A DNA stretch of 64,000 nucleotides from Octopus bimaculoides (lineage: Eukaryota): NCBI RefSeq assembly GCF_001194135.2, contig NC_068984.1, positions 54,787,246 to 54,851,245 on the forward strand. Reading direction: 5' to 3'. The first letter of the stretch is position 1, and every line of letters starts with the position of its first letter. This document shows positions 39,340-52,208 of this stretch, piece after piece. The notes below the pieces were generated by a model that was not told the DNA's origin, searched no databases, and saw only the letters and a list, made by a program, of their open reading frames with translations. Made by a program: the position numbers and the translations under genes.

Positions 39340-39840
39340 TCGCTTTACTTCTCAGAATGTTCTGTCTTGCTTGCTCTGGTTGATTCTGTGAGAGCGGATA
39401 TCAGCCTGCTGTCAGAGGTCTCACAGGGTCTCTTTACGCACGTTATAAGATTTGAAACTTGGTTGTTAATTATCGTGGGAGACATTCAACATCTAAGTAC
39501 CAATCTCAATATCCTAGCTGTCCCACACTCAGCGGTTCTTTTAGGCTTGCTCGGCTCTCATGTATCATCTTAGTCCATTTAATTCTAGCAGCTATATAAT
39601 GATTACCGGGTCTGTGCTGCTCACCCACAGGGCGCCTACCAGGCGAAAGACCGTCATCTGCAGTTCTGTCCTCATTTACGCCGTTGTTTGTGTTAATTCT
39701 ATTATTCATTACTCTCATGCAGGGGAAAGTGTTGATAAGATGTAACAACCACCAGTATTTTTATCGAGGTGCCATTTCTAGAGGGGCTTGTCTAAAAAGA
39801 CTCAAAGAGGAGGCCCTTCTCCCCTTAGAAGTTGAAGTCA
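39340..39840 (-). mobile_element. Internally deleted R4/Dong-type LINE derivative (ORF start joined to ORF end + 3' UTR)
   Basis: MRVMNNRINT...GRRPVGEQHRPGNHYIAARIKWTK (39718-39569) lies about 45 bp from GTARILRLVLRC* (39524-39486), which is followed by a UTR and a TAA-type tail. Confidence 0.65.
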
Positions 39841-40285
39841 AAGTGCGAACGCCAACTGACGGTGGTGGTTGCATTATCGGCCGCGGTCACGAAAGGAAAA
39901 CAGGAAGGAAAGAGGACGACGCACCAGCAGCGGGCGCGAGGAGACGGCGGCAGTAGTACTTTTCGCGGGCGGTACTCTGGCGGTTTTGTTTTTCACTCCT
40001 CTCTCGCTTTCGTCCTCTTTCAGGCGGAGGTTCCTCCTCTGCTCCGTTACCTGTCCGCCTCGCTTCGATGCGGGCGGCTGTCGTAGCTCTACGCAACGAT
40101 GACGGTCTGACATGGCGGGAGACGGAGAACTGAGCGGCGCACTCGTCGGGCGGAAAGAAGGAAGGACGGGTCGTTTCGAGAAACTGCCTGCTGCTTTTTA
40201 CATTTTCCCAACGCCGCCTTTCCTTGCCTTTTCCAGCGCGCCCTTTCCGACTCCCCGCCGCGGCCAACAGCGGCGACGGACGGCA
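39840..40285. promoter_or_regulatory. GC/CpG-rich island (candidate retroelement 5' UTR/internal promoter, or host promoter)
   Basis: The most GC- and CpG-dense block of the window by eye, with several GGGCGG/CCGCCC boxes and no recognisable protein. Confidence 0.45.
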
Positions 40286-41662
40286 TTATTACTATTATCA
40301 TTATTATCATTATTATAGAAGTTTGCATATTGCCTATTTTGGGAGTGAAAAATCCTGTCAAAACTAATTTTTGTTTTTATTGATCCGGAGTCACTAAAAT
40401 ATTTACTTGTGGAACATTTGTGTTACGCGGTACATTGTGCGGCGTTTAGAAATCACTATCGGAGAGGGTGACGGCTGAAAATATTGACAGAGCACTGAAA
40501 TTGCAAAGTTGACTGAGGTGCTTTTTCTCTCTTGGGTCAGTAGTGTAAGTACCGAAGACTTGTACTAAATTTATAAATCCATACTATAATTTTTATTAGT
40601 CCTTCATCATCATGTCATAAAATTTAATATGTTAATGTGTAGCATTTGCTTCCTTGCGATTAAGTCAATATCTCTAAATATACATTTCCTGGCAGTTTGT
40701 TGTCAGTGAGTCTAGTGGCTGTTTAACTATCTTATTGGCAGGCATTTTCTTCAATTTTCGTTTTTTGCTGTTGTTGGTTTTATATTGAAGACATAAATAA
40801 ATAAAATAAGAACATAAACTTATACGACAAACATGTCAGATTTTAGTCAGAACATATGTCAGCGGCTGCAGATAAAATAGAATCGAAATCAGATTTAAGA
40901 GTGAATATTTCTTGCTTGCATCTTTTGGGAAATGGAAAAAAAATGTTACGGCTTCAAAATTTAGCTTTCGTATATTTCACTCTAAGCATAGTGAGTTAAA
41001 CATCACCATACTGTCGTATTTTGACTGTTTCCATGCTATAAAGTCTTAAGAGATTGCTAGATCTTTAAAAGAAGGAAAAATAGAAAAAGTTCAGTCTGCA
41101 GAAAAACAAACTAAAGAATCCTTATATCACATTATCTTGAGCTATCGTAATTTTATTTGCAATTTCATTTTTTTATATCCTCCTGATAATTTTTCTAGCA
41201 TCTTGATATATCTGTTTTCGGTGGTGTAACTAACAGAGAGGGGAAGTTTTGCAATTTGTTTCTAAAGTTAGTCGAAGTGGATCATGTGGGCTGAAAAATC
41301 AATATTTTACCGACCGCTATAAGTCTCACAATAAAGTATTAGGCTATTGTAACACTAATTGTTCATGGCGAAAATAATAATTGGGTGACAACATTATCCT
41401 TCACTACCCTAACATTGACCGTTTTACTAATTATTGTCGGTAGCTTTTTTTTTTCTCATTCCTAAAATCACAAAAACAGTCTTTCTGCCTGAATAGATAT
41501 AACACAATACTAACTGCATGTTATCCAGAAAAAGAAACTACTTTTGTCTTCCATCTTTCATTGAAGTGCTCGCGTACATGCTTGACACAGATATACAGAG
41601 AGAGTGAGAGAAAAAGCTAGATAGATAGTTAGACAGGCAGACAGACAGGCAGACAGACAGAC

Positions 41663-41719
<57 letters not shown>

Positions 41720-41869
41720 CATCGAGAGAGAGACAGAGATAAATATATATATATATATATATATANNNNNNNNNNNNNNNNNNNNNNNNNNNNNNNNNNN
41801 NNNNNNNNNNNNNNNNNNNNNNNNNNNNNNNNNNNNNNNNNNNNNNNNNNNNNNNNNNNNNNCGGTTTG

Positions 41870-42760
41870 GTTGATCTGCTGCTGTTCTCTCCTATCGAAC
41901 TGGAGCTCCTCCTGAAATGTTCGTCAAATTTATTGCAGAATATAACTAGATTGTCATTTCAATACTGATGCTGTTGTTGCCCAAGTTTGGTGCATACGCA
42001 AGAATACAACTCCTTCTATATTAATTCTGCTGTTGACATATTCTACGATTCTATCACAACCGATCATAATTTCCTTGGAATGATAAATTGTCTGCCCCTT
42101 CCGCAGCCTGTTGTCTAGTGAAGGTGGGAGATTAATCTTTGCACAGCTTATTAAGACCGAGAACTTTTTGCATGTTCTTTAAGCTTGGCAGGTAGTTCAT
42201 GCAGCCATGATCTTATTTGTGCCAGCAGTGCAATGCTATTCACAAAGATCAATTCACTGCAGTCTTGTAATGCTCTCATTGTTTAGCTTCTTTATTCATC
42301 GCAATATTAACTACTAGCAGGAAGTGAGATGCAAGTATGCAGTCTCAACGGGCATCAGTAATGGTGTTAATGTTGCCAATACGACCAGTGTTTGTCATGA
42401 CTTAACAGACTGAGCCTTCAGATAGATACCTTAAAAAAATTGAGGTATTCTTGGAGATACCTATGTTTGAGTAATCTTCATTGTGATTTTCTATTGCAGC
42501 TTTCAAATGTTCTTCTGAATCCCACGAAACTGTATGAATGAGTAAGACCAATTTACATGTTTTTTTTTTGTTTTTTGTTTTTTGTGGCGTTGTATCAATG
42601 TTCTCTTGTATATTGCTCGATAACACTACCACAGAAACTGTTCCTACTGCGGAGAGCCATGTAATTCCTCGTCATATGTTGCAATCTACCAAGTTTCCCG
42701 TTTTGCAATGACCACACTTCTCCGACCGGCCGGTCTTGTAATTACTGCTAGGACTAGTTG
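41870..42760 (-). mobile_element. Highly decayed RTE LINE RT fragment
   Basis: Degenerate DAR*DCILASHFLLVVNIAM (GVRQGCILSP-like), ELIFVNSIALLA (DFADDIALL-like) and VNSRINIEGVVF. Confidence 0.55.
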
Positions 42761-44164
42761 AGAATATTTTTCACTACTATATCTTTTGTTCTATTATACA
42801 TGAAGAATTCAGCTTAAATTTTCTTGTGTGGAGCAGCTTTGATTGTTCAGTACTTTTTCTTTCCTCTATGATTGCATAATTTAGAGGGTAGTTTTGAGCC
42901 GATGTCAAAGAATGCAACTGCATCCGGCTGATTCAGCGACACTTGGAAACGGTCCAACAATTTGGCATTTTATTATTTTGTTATTTTTTCGTAACAAGAT
43001 TTTGTTAATTATATCCTGATCAATCGATCAGCTCAAAGGTTGCAAAAGTAAAAAGACAACTTCAGGCGCATTGAATCATTCGTTATTAATATTACTTTCA
43101 AACCCACCGGAGTGTGTAGTCGACCAACAGAACAAAGGCACGTTCTGTGATGTAATCGCTGTTAATTTATATATAAATTGCAAAGATAAAACGTATACAC
43201 ACACGTGGGTGCACATACTATCACGCAGCTTAATTATAAATGTGTGTGTGTTAGCATTTATACATATATATATATATACATATGCACTCTCTCTCACACA
43301 CACGCATACACACGCTTATACACACACGAAGACACACTCGGACGGACACTCATATGCATACATATTTATAAATGTACTCACATGTATATATATATATATA
43401 TATATNNNNNNNNNNNNNNNNNNNNNNNNNNNNNNNNNNNNNNNNNNNNNNNNNNNNNNNNNNNNNNNNNNNNNNNNNNNNNNNNNNNNNNNNNNNNNNN
43501 NNNNNNNNNNNNNNNNNNNNNNNNNNNNNNNNNNNNNNNNNNNNNNNNNNNNNNNNNNNNNNNNNNNNNNNNNNNNNNNNNNNNNNNNNNNNNNNNNNNN
43601 NNNNNNNNNNNNNNNNNNNNNNNNNNNNNNNNNNNNNNNNNNNNNNNNNNNNNNNNNNNNNNNNNNNNNNNNNNNNNNNNNNNNNNNNNNNNNNNNNNNN
43701 NNNNGTGTGTGTGTGTTTGTATGTATGTATGTATGTATGTATGTGTGTATGTGTGTGTGTATGTATGTATGTATGTATGTATGTATGTGTGTAGTTATAT
43801 ATACACATATATCAACGAATGGCAAGTAGCTAGCGTCGGAATTAAGTAGTCTCGGGGTCAACTGTACAACATAGTATCTCAGGTAAGACCCATTCTCCGT
43901 AGATTCGAGTAGTTCCCGACCATTTATAAGTGAAATTAAGTAAACAGAAGTAATATGGATACCTAGATGGCTTATATCAGTTTATCAAAGGTCCGACCTT
44001 GAGGCACTGTCAGACTGATTCCGACTGCGTTAAGTGATTAAGAGCTTGTGTAAGTAGTCATCTACTTACATTTGATCAAGCAAATGAATATTGAAATTTG
44101 GAAGTTTTGGTCAAGATCTATTATTTTTATATAATATTTATATATTAATATAACACTTACAATA

Positions 44165-44385
44165 AAAGGCAGCGAGCCAGCAGAATCATTTGAACGGCAG
44201 GCAAAATGCTTAGCAGCATTTCGTCCGTCTGTGTTCAAATTCCGCCTAGGGTGACTCTGCCTTTCATTCTCTCGGGCTCGATAAACTAAGCAGCAGTTGA
44301 GTACTGGTGATCAATTTAATCGAATTACCCGCTTCCCCGGAATTGCTGGCATTATGCCAAAATTTGAACCCAGTATAATACAATA
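44165..44385 (+). mobile_element. SINE family B copy
   Basis: aaggcagcgagccagcagaatc...caaaatgcttagcagcatttcgtc...gttcaaattccgcc...gataaactaagcagcagttgagtactgg. Confidence 0.8.
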
Positions 44386-44719
44386 CACAAGCGTCTAATG
44401 CATGCGTTTTGGAATACTTGTGCATTTGTAAGGTATTGTATTAACATAAAATATTATACAATGGAATTTCTGAATGCGGATAGTCTTTTCTCTTAAGCAT
44501 ATATATATATGTATATGTATTCACGTATGTATGTTTTAAAAAATCTGTCTATTTTTTCATAGACATACCTATGAGATTATGCATTGAATTTATTGAAGTT
44601 TATCTTTTGTATTCGATTGTTTTTACAGAATATGTGGTCTTTGGAGTAATAATATTTTATGATTGTGACAGCCTTGTCATCTGACACCTTTTTTAGCAGT
44701 AGAAATCAACATACACTCC

Positions 44720-44783
<64 letters not shown>

Positions 44784-45390
44784 ATNNNNNNNNNNNNNNN
44801 NNNNNNNNNNNNNNNNNNNNNNNNNNNNNNNNNNNNNNNNNNNNNNNNNNNNNNNNNNNNNNNNNNNNNNNNNNNNNNNNNNNNNNNNNNNNNNNNNNNN
44901 NNNNNNNNNNNNNNNNNNNNNNNNNNNNNNNNNNNNNNNNNNNNNNNNNNNNNNNNNNNNNNNNNNNNNNNNNNNNNNNNNNNNNNNNNNNNNNNNNNNN
45001 NNNNNNNNNNNNNNNNNNNNNNNNNNNNNNNNNNNNNNNNNNNNNNNNNNNNNNNNNNNNNNNNNNNNNNNNNNNNNNNNNNNNNNNNNNNNNNNNNNNN
45101 NNNNNNNNNNNNNNNNNNNNNNNNNNNNNNNNNNNNNNNNNNNNNNNNNNNNNNNNNNNNNNNNNNNNNNNNNNNNNNNNNNNNNNNNNNNNNNNNNNNN
45201 NNNNNNNNNNNNNNNNNNNNNNNNNNNNNNNNNNNNNNNNNNNNNNNNATATATACATACATACATATATATATGTACATATACATTTATACATACACAC
45301 ATACAAAATTGATGCAGTAGGCCATAGCAGTAGGCAATCTGCAGAATGGGAAGGCTCCTGGAAGGGACCTAATAGTAGGATACTGGTACA

Positions 45391-45697
45391 AGCACTCCAC
45401 AGACACGTGTACCCTTAACGTAGTTCTCGGGGATATTCAGCGTGACACAGTGTGACAAGGCTGACCCTTTGAATTACAGGCACAACAGAAACAGGAAGTA
45501 AGAGTGAGAGAAAGTTGTGGTGAGAGAGTATAGCAGGGTTCACCATCATCCCCTGCCGGGGCCTCGTGGAGCTTTAGGTGTTTTCGCTCAATAAATACTT
45601 ACAACGCCCGGTCTGGGAATCGAAACCGCGATCCTATGACCGCGAGTCCGCTGCCCTAACCACTGGGCCATTGCCCCATTGCCCCATTGCGCCTCCA
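45391..45697 (-). mobile_element. SINE family C with intact tRNA-like head
   Basis: Minus strand has TGGCCCAGTGG (A box) and GGTTTCGATTCCC (B box). An 8-bp ccattgcc unit is amplified in the head. Body is nearly identical to 24941-25228. Confidence 0.9.
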
Positions 45698-45724
45698 CTC
45701 TACAAATGTACGCAAGTTGCTTTA

Positions 45725-46690
45725 ACCAATTCCTTCAGGACCATTGTGAGTCGAACAACATTGCGGCTGATGAACAGGCTTGTGGAAAGAAGAGAGTGCG
45801 ATGATGTGCCGAACAACTTTTAATAAACAAAGCTGTACTGTCTGAAGTAAGAAGACAGAGTATGGATTGACTAGTGACAGAGTATGGCTTGACTATAAAA
45901 AGGCATTCGACCTTATCACTCATTCATGGCTGGCAAAGGTGCCTACTACCTTAATTGCTGCTATCGAAAGGCTGACAAAGACATGGACAACTATTCTTGC
46001 CCTTACAACTGAGAAAAGAATAATCGTTTCTTATAGTATAGGCATTACAAATTGAATATTCCTGGGAGATAGTCTTTCTGTACTTCTTTTCATTTCGGCA
46101 CTGAATCCATTATCGTTCCTACAGCAGAAAACAAATGGTTACGTGTTAGAATCTTCAAATGCCAGAAATATCAATGTAACTCATAATTTCTTTGTAGACG
46201 ACCAGAAGATTTATACTAAAAATGTTAACAATACCAACTGGAATTGACAACATTTTCAGCTGATATAGGCATGGAATTTGGCCAAAAGAAAATTTCCTAT
46301 TTGGTTTTAGAACGAGAAAAGTCAGTCCCCCAAACCCAAATCTTGTGCATCAACGGTCTCTCTATCTCCCCACTTCCACACAAAGAATGTTATAAGTACC
46401 TAGGCGTAGACGAAAATGTATCATATGAAGGTACTGTGAATAAAGATAGAGTGACCCGAGAATATTATATCAGACTTAGGAAAATATAGCAGTCGGAACT
46501 CTCCTCTTACTACAAAACAATATACCACAATTCATTTGCAGTCCCAATTCTGATCCCAACATTTGGGATACTTGATTGGTCTGTAAAGGAAATCCACTTC
46601 ATAGATATCAAAACCCGCAAAATCCTGACAACTGGAAACTTCCACAGAAACAGTGATGTTGACAGGCTCTATATAGAAATGGATAATAAC
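45725..46690 (+). mobile_element. R4/Dong-type RLE LINE RT-domain pseudogene
   Basis: CAEQLLINKAVL, VWLDYKKAFD..THSW, IFLGDSLSVLLF, HNFFVDD, FSADIGMEFG, YKYLGVDE, FAVPILIPTFGILDW and IDIKTRKIL..NSDVDRLY. Confidence 0.9.
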
Positions 46691-46821
46691 CAGGAGCGAC
46701 TTTGGATTTAATTATCCCTTAGAGGTATTAAACTTCTCTGATACCTACACTATATATATATATGGGTGGGTATATATGCTTGCATGTATGAAGAGAGAGG
46801 ACGGTAAGAAAGAGAGATATA

Positions 46822-46852
<31 letters not shown>

Positions 46853-47665
46853 TGTGTGTGTATGTGTGTGTGCGTGTGCGTATATGTGTGGAGGATATAA
46901 ATGAAACAACTTTGCCTCATAAATGATTATGGGTACTGCACTTCCTTCTCGGGTAGATGACAATGCAGTAATATATTTTGAAGAAATGTGGACGCTCTCA
47001 TCCGTGATCGCAGTTGGGCAATGCACACATTTGCTCCATATTCACAGATTATTGAAAGTTCTAATTTTCTGAGCAGCTCCAATTGATTAGGTCAGCACAT
47101 ATTGCCACTCTTCCATTGTCATAGGACATTCAGTCGATGTAATGACATAGGAGGTCACAATTAAGAGATGTCTGTACGTCATGGGATTATAGTGATAAAC
47201 ATTTATTAGTATCACATTATTAGTACTACTACCTGAGTCTCCGTGATTACTAGTTAGTGATTGGCCAAACTCACTAAGTAATCACGAGTAACCATGACAA
47301 TCAGGAGTACCCGAGTAACCACGATAACCACGGTAATCACTAGTAACCGCTGGTTTTGCATAAAAGTGCCTATCTCCCAAAGGAACGTTGGGTCCCTCAG
47401 TCCCGGTAGTCTTACTGCGCGCTCTGACACAAAACAAGTGCATCTCTACGTCCCCGCACAAATGCTAGCTAACCCATAGGTTGAACCCTCACAGGTGATA
47501 CTACTCCGGCTCAGAGTAAACGTGGGAACACTATTGGCAAATAGGTGGTTCTACACTCCTTAAAACCCATCGAACTCTCGAAACAGAGCCCCATTAATTC
47601 ATACAAATAAAAATTAACGTCATACTTACATGCATGCATCATGTACACACACACACACACTTGCA

Positions 47666-47706
<41 letters not shown>

Positions 47707-47900
47707 GCATACCATGTATGTGTGTGTATGTGTATATGTATCTCTTTCTCTCTCTATATATATGTATATGTATGTTCCCGTTCCTTTTTTGTCCACGTTT
47801 TTTGACGTCCTGTACCCGGATATGCATCTATATATACATGTAGATGTAGGTATGTACATATATGTATGTATATATGCATATGCTCACATATCATTTGTAT

Positions 47901-47945
<45 letters not shown>

Positions 47946-48207
47946 GCATACACAAATATGCATACATAAATACAGACTTATACACACACGCACACACACA
48001 CACGCTCACGCGCGCAGTGAATGATACGGAATATCACGTTAAATATAGATTAATTTCGCTCTGGAAAAATATTTGTATTCAGCAAAATTGTCATCGTTTT
48101 TCTGACACGTCGGTAACAACACATCAGTCTTTCTTTCTGTTTGTGTGTGTGCGCGTGCGTCTCTTTCTCTCTCTCTCTATCTACTTGCCTACCTACCTAC
48201 CTACCTG

Positions 48208-48256
<49 letters not shown>

Positions 48257-49098
48257 ATGAATGTATATATCGTAAAGTAAGGGGGGATTTTGAAAATGGC
48301 AAGTACCTTATCAGTATTCTAGTATAATCCAGGTTCTGCTTAACCGCCGAAAATTGTTTAAGGTAAACAATTACACGGTATTTCATCAGCTGGATAAACC
48401 CTGAGTTCGCGTCTTTGGTTCTTATACAGTTTACGGAGTGTATATTGAATACTTTAACAAGTGTTTAATATTTTCCATACAAAAGTCTTTAATAATATAT
48501 TACTTACAGAAGGATATCCGAAAGAATTACCAAGGGTTTCGGATACCCGAACTATATTATAGTTAGATTATAACATTCTAAATGTAAACACCCACCGCTT
48601 TTTGATAAGGGTTTTTTCTTTATTTTTTTTTTATCTTCATTTCAGCTCCTACTCTCTTAATTGCTCTTGATGTATCTATTTATCCTGAAAATTATTTCTA
48701 TTTGTATCTTATGTGGCTTGTAAACGAAACATCTTGACCTAGTTAGCTTTTTTCTGACTATTAAATTTGTCATACTAATCCATTTAAAACCTGAAGTGTC
48801 ACTCTAGGTTTAAATGATAACAGATTTCATTGCTATATCGTATTTCACAACACCCTCTTCTATCTTCTACACTAAACACATACGTTCTCCAACATAAATA
48901 TACCTAGAATAAGACTATCAAACACAAACTCTTCAGTTCACTTAAAAAAAAAAACCGTAATGATAACACCTTGAAAAAAGTTCCATGGATACATATACCC
49001 AAAGTGAACTTATAATGTAATTGAACCAACAGGATGCCACGAGATGCCGCATCTTAGAATATCTAAGCATTAGAATACATGCGCATGATTGGGTATAT

Positions 49099-49494
49099 GT
49101 ACTTTTTGGTCATCTCACCCCCATTAAAAAACTGCCGTTAAAAATTCGAGTTAATGTGGCGACAAGAGATTGGATTTAAAATGTTAGATCCTTTTGATTC
49201 AATACTTCAACACATTTAGTCTCCTCAATAGGCAGAGTGTGATTTTTTAATAAAGATGTTATCAGATTCAATAAGATGTTTAATCTTTTCACTTTTCATG
49301 TTTATTATTTTTTTCAGTTTTGCATGATTTGTTATAAAAATATTATCTGACTCAATAAGATGTTTAATCTTTTCACTTTTCATGTTTATTAATTTTTTCA
49401 TTTTTTTTTGTTTTGTTTTATTGAGGGTTAAACAATTTTTTAGGTAGGGGAGATAACCCAATTTTTTAATGGGGGTGAGATAAACAAACAGTAC
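49099..49494. mobile_element. MITE-like element with subterminal inverted repeats and internal ~86-bp duplication
   Basis: atctcacccccattaaaaaa (49112-49131) is the exact reverse complement of 49462-49481, and the match extends imperfectly outward. Confidence 0.5.
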
Positions 49495-49944
49495 CTAGGT
49501 ATGTAGTGCTTGAAAATAAAAGTAGAAGTATGTATATGGAAATAACTCTCTCTATATACACATATGTAAATGTGTATGGACATACACGTTTGTATCGGTG
49601 TGTGTGTGAGAGATTACGAGCATGTATTTTAAATATGAATATTTCTATGTATACATCGTGTGATTGAGCATATGTATGTTTACGTGAGTTAGGGCGAATC
49701 AATCTCTTCGTGTATAATTAAAATCTTAATGACAATTAAAATATTTTCTTAGGTACCAGAATAAATGAAATTGAGTTTTACAAGTGAACTGGCAAGCTAG
49801 TCTCAGACAATAAAGATAACTGATAAAAAAAGGATACACAGTAGAATAAAAAACAATGTTAGTTTGGATCTATATTTATACATTTCATTAGTGTATGTGT
49901 GTGTGTGTGTGTGTGTGTACGTGGGTGTGTATTATTTTTACTGT

Positions 49945-50700
49945 TATGACCGGGTTCCAGCCCGAGCCGCAGCAACAAAGTCTACCTGCCACACTTCTCG
50001 GTCCATCATCACTGCCTCGAGGTCCTGGATACATTCCAGGCCAGTCTCTGTAATCAAGTTGTCGATGTAAGAGTGGTTTTCCTCTAGTTACATCACAATG
50101 AAGTAGGTTCCACAAGACTAATTTGGATGCTTCCAGCTCAGGGTGGCGCGCGCAGTGACCAGATGGTCGCAGCCGTGTTTACCTGATTTTCTCGCTAACT
50201 TTCAGCAGGTCTCCATAAAGTCATTTATTTGTCATATATTGTTGCCATTTCACATTTAGGACCATTCATTTCATTCTTGTTTAGCATCCATTTAGCCCGC
50301 TGAAAATTTCTTTCTCGGTGACCATGTTTCTCTGCCATATAATAGCACTGATTCGACAGTTGCAATGAATAACTTGATTTTGATTTGCCTGGACAGTTTC
50401 GCGTTTCCAGACCTTTTTTATTTTGTGACAAGCTGTCCATGCCATCCTGATCTTGATGTCTGCTTCCGAACCGCTTACCTAACCACCAAAGTACTTGAGG
50501 TCTTCAGCAACATTTAATGTGAAACCAATCAATGCAAACATTTCAGCATCACTTGATTGAGTGAAAGACATGCATTATATTTTCTTGACATTTGAAAGCA
50601 CTCCTATTTTAGCAACTGATGTTTCTACCCTGCTGAGCAGAGTGTTCATTAAGGAACTTGGGTCTATTTGTTTTGTAATGTGTATCTTTATTTTAACTGC
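49945..50700 (-). mobile_element. RTE-clade LINE 3' fragment
   Basis: EDLKYFG, IKLFIATVESVLLYGRETW, GHCARHPELEASKLVLW and MMDREVW. Confidence 0.85.
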
Positions 50701-50792
50701 CATTATACATATATATATATATATTGGTATTGTTGTGTCGCCTCAAATCTATAAATTAATCGGTATAAAAAGAAAGCCAATTATTCAAAGAA

Positions 50793-51639
50793 CTAGCTGA
50801 CGTACCCGGCAATTCCCGGGAAAGCGGGGATTATCTCTTGGTTCCGTTCTCATAATTGTTTCGGTAATCCAGTAACAACAATACGAAGTATGTAACCTGT
50901 CTTACACAGGATCTTGGTTTTAGGAATTCGCAATAAGTTATAAATACCCAAATTGTGAAGTCAATTATGTAATAACATGAAATTAGTTACCCGATAGTAG
51001 GAATTCAAATAAAGTAGCCCCGAAAAGGGCTTTAATGCGTTCTCAGAGTGTTTAGAACTTAGGAGGAAATACTAATAAGGTATGTATGCTAACATCGTGA
51101 AGAATGTTACGTAATGACAGGCTAATCAGATATGAGATAATAACAATTCAAAGTAAATAACTCTGAAAAGGGCTTTTGTGCGTTCCCAGAGAATATTACC
51201 CTCAGCGTCGCTAGTGTTGGTATACTCATGAATAAGACACTAACCGCAATAAGTGGATCTATTGTTTAGGGAAATATTTACTTGTTTAAGTGTTGTACTG
51301 GATAAATTGCGAAAATAACTCTAACAGCTCAAATACTAAGACATAAGCATACTGAATTTGATTTAAGAAAATGAATGGGTTATTTCCCTTGGCTGCTAAA
51401 ATCTGGGTGAATAGGCTATTTCCTTTGGCTGTTAATATGAAATATATTAGATATCTATAAGGATCCCTTCCAGAGACCCCATTATCGATTTTTCAACAAT
51501 CTGAGTATGCCATGAGGTTTCCATACATGAGTTATACTCACGTGTCAAGTGTCATAAAAAGATCGATAAAACGATGTAGGAGGAGTTAGCTAACACCACA
51601 AACATACCCACAGAGAGAATTTCCCACATATGTAGTAGA
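50793..51639 (-). mobile_element. Non-autonomous Helitron-like element
   Basis: The minus strand starts A|TCTACTACATATG and ends cccgggaattgccggg (hairpin)...CTAG|T. An internal repeat gaaaagggctt..tgcgtt occurs twice. Confidence 0.7.
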
Positions 51640-52131
51640 TTATAAAAAGATAGGAAACTGAATGGAAACCAGCAGTGCTTTCAAAACAACTTGCCTGATG
51701 AAGTGCCGCTAGATCGTATTTATTTATGTAATTATTTATAACATAATTTAGGTAATGGTATGATATGGAAAACTAACAGCTGTTACCACTGCACAGGAAT
51801 AATTGTTGCATGTTGTAAGGCTGTTTATTCCATCTTCTTGTATAAATTTATCTATACATAAATCCCTATGCATATGCATTATATGGAAGTATGTATGTAT
51901 CTAAGTATGCTTGAATATTTGTAGTTACATGTATAACTACATCCTTCACGCACATGTGTGTGTGTGTGTGAATATCCATGCGTAGGAGTATGGTTGCATA
52001 TATCCATATATCAATTTATCTGCAAATCAGGACTTTTCTCTAGTCTCGGCACAGCATAAATTTATGACTGACATCTCATATGACGGTCTACTGAGGCTGT
52101 AGAGACCCATATCTGATTGATATTCCTGGTT

Positions 52132-52208
<77 letters not shown>

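Noticed and set aside
39920-39960. CTCCTCGC on the minus strand, identical to the HDV ribozyme L3 loop, upstream of an R4-type element
   Set aside because: A P3-like pairing is possible, but no upstream P1 partner for cccgctg, no P1.1 and no P2/P4 could be built.
39869-40318. Short ORFs in all frames over the GC-rich island (including MAGDGELSG... at 40112)
   Set aside because: ORFs are expected in GC-rich DNA with few stops; none resembles a known protein.
45603-45697. tRNA-like sequence with A and B boxes
   Set aside because: It is the head of SINE family C; no complete cloverleaf, and it continues into the SINE body.
48505-48560. Short stems before GAA(A) (ggatatccgaaa; gggtttcggatacccgaac) resembling hammerhead stem II
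   Set aside because: No CUGANGA or TTGANAAA core and no helix I/III.
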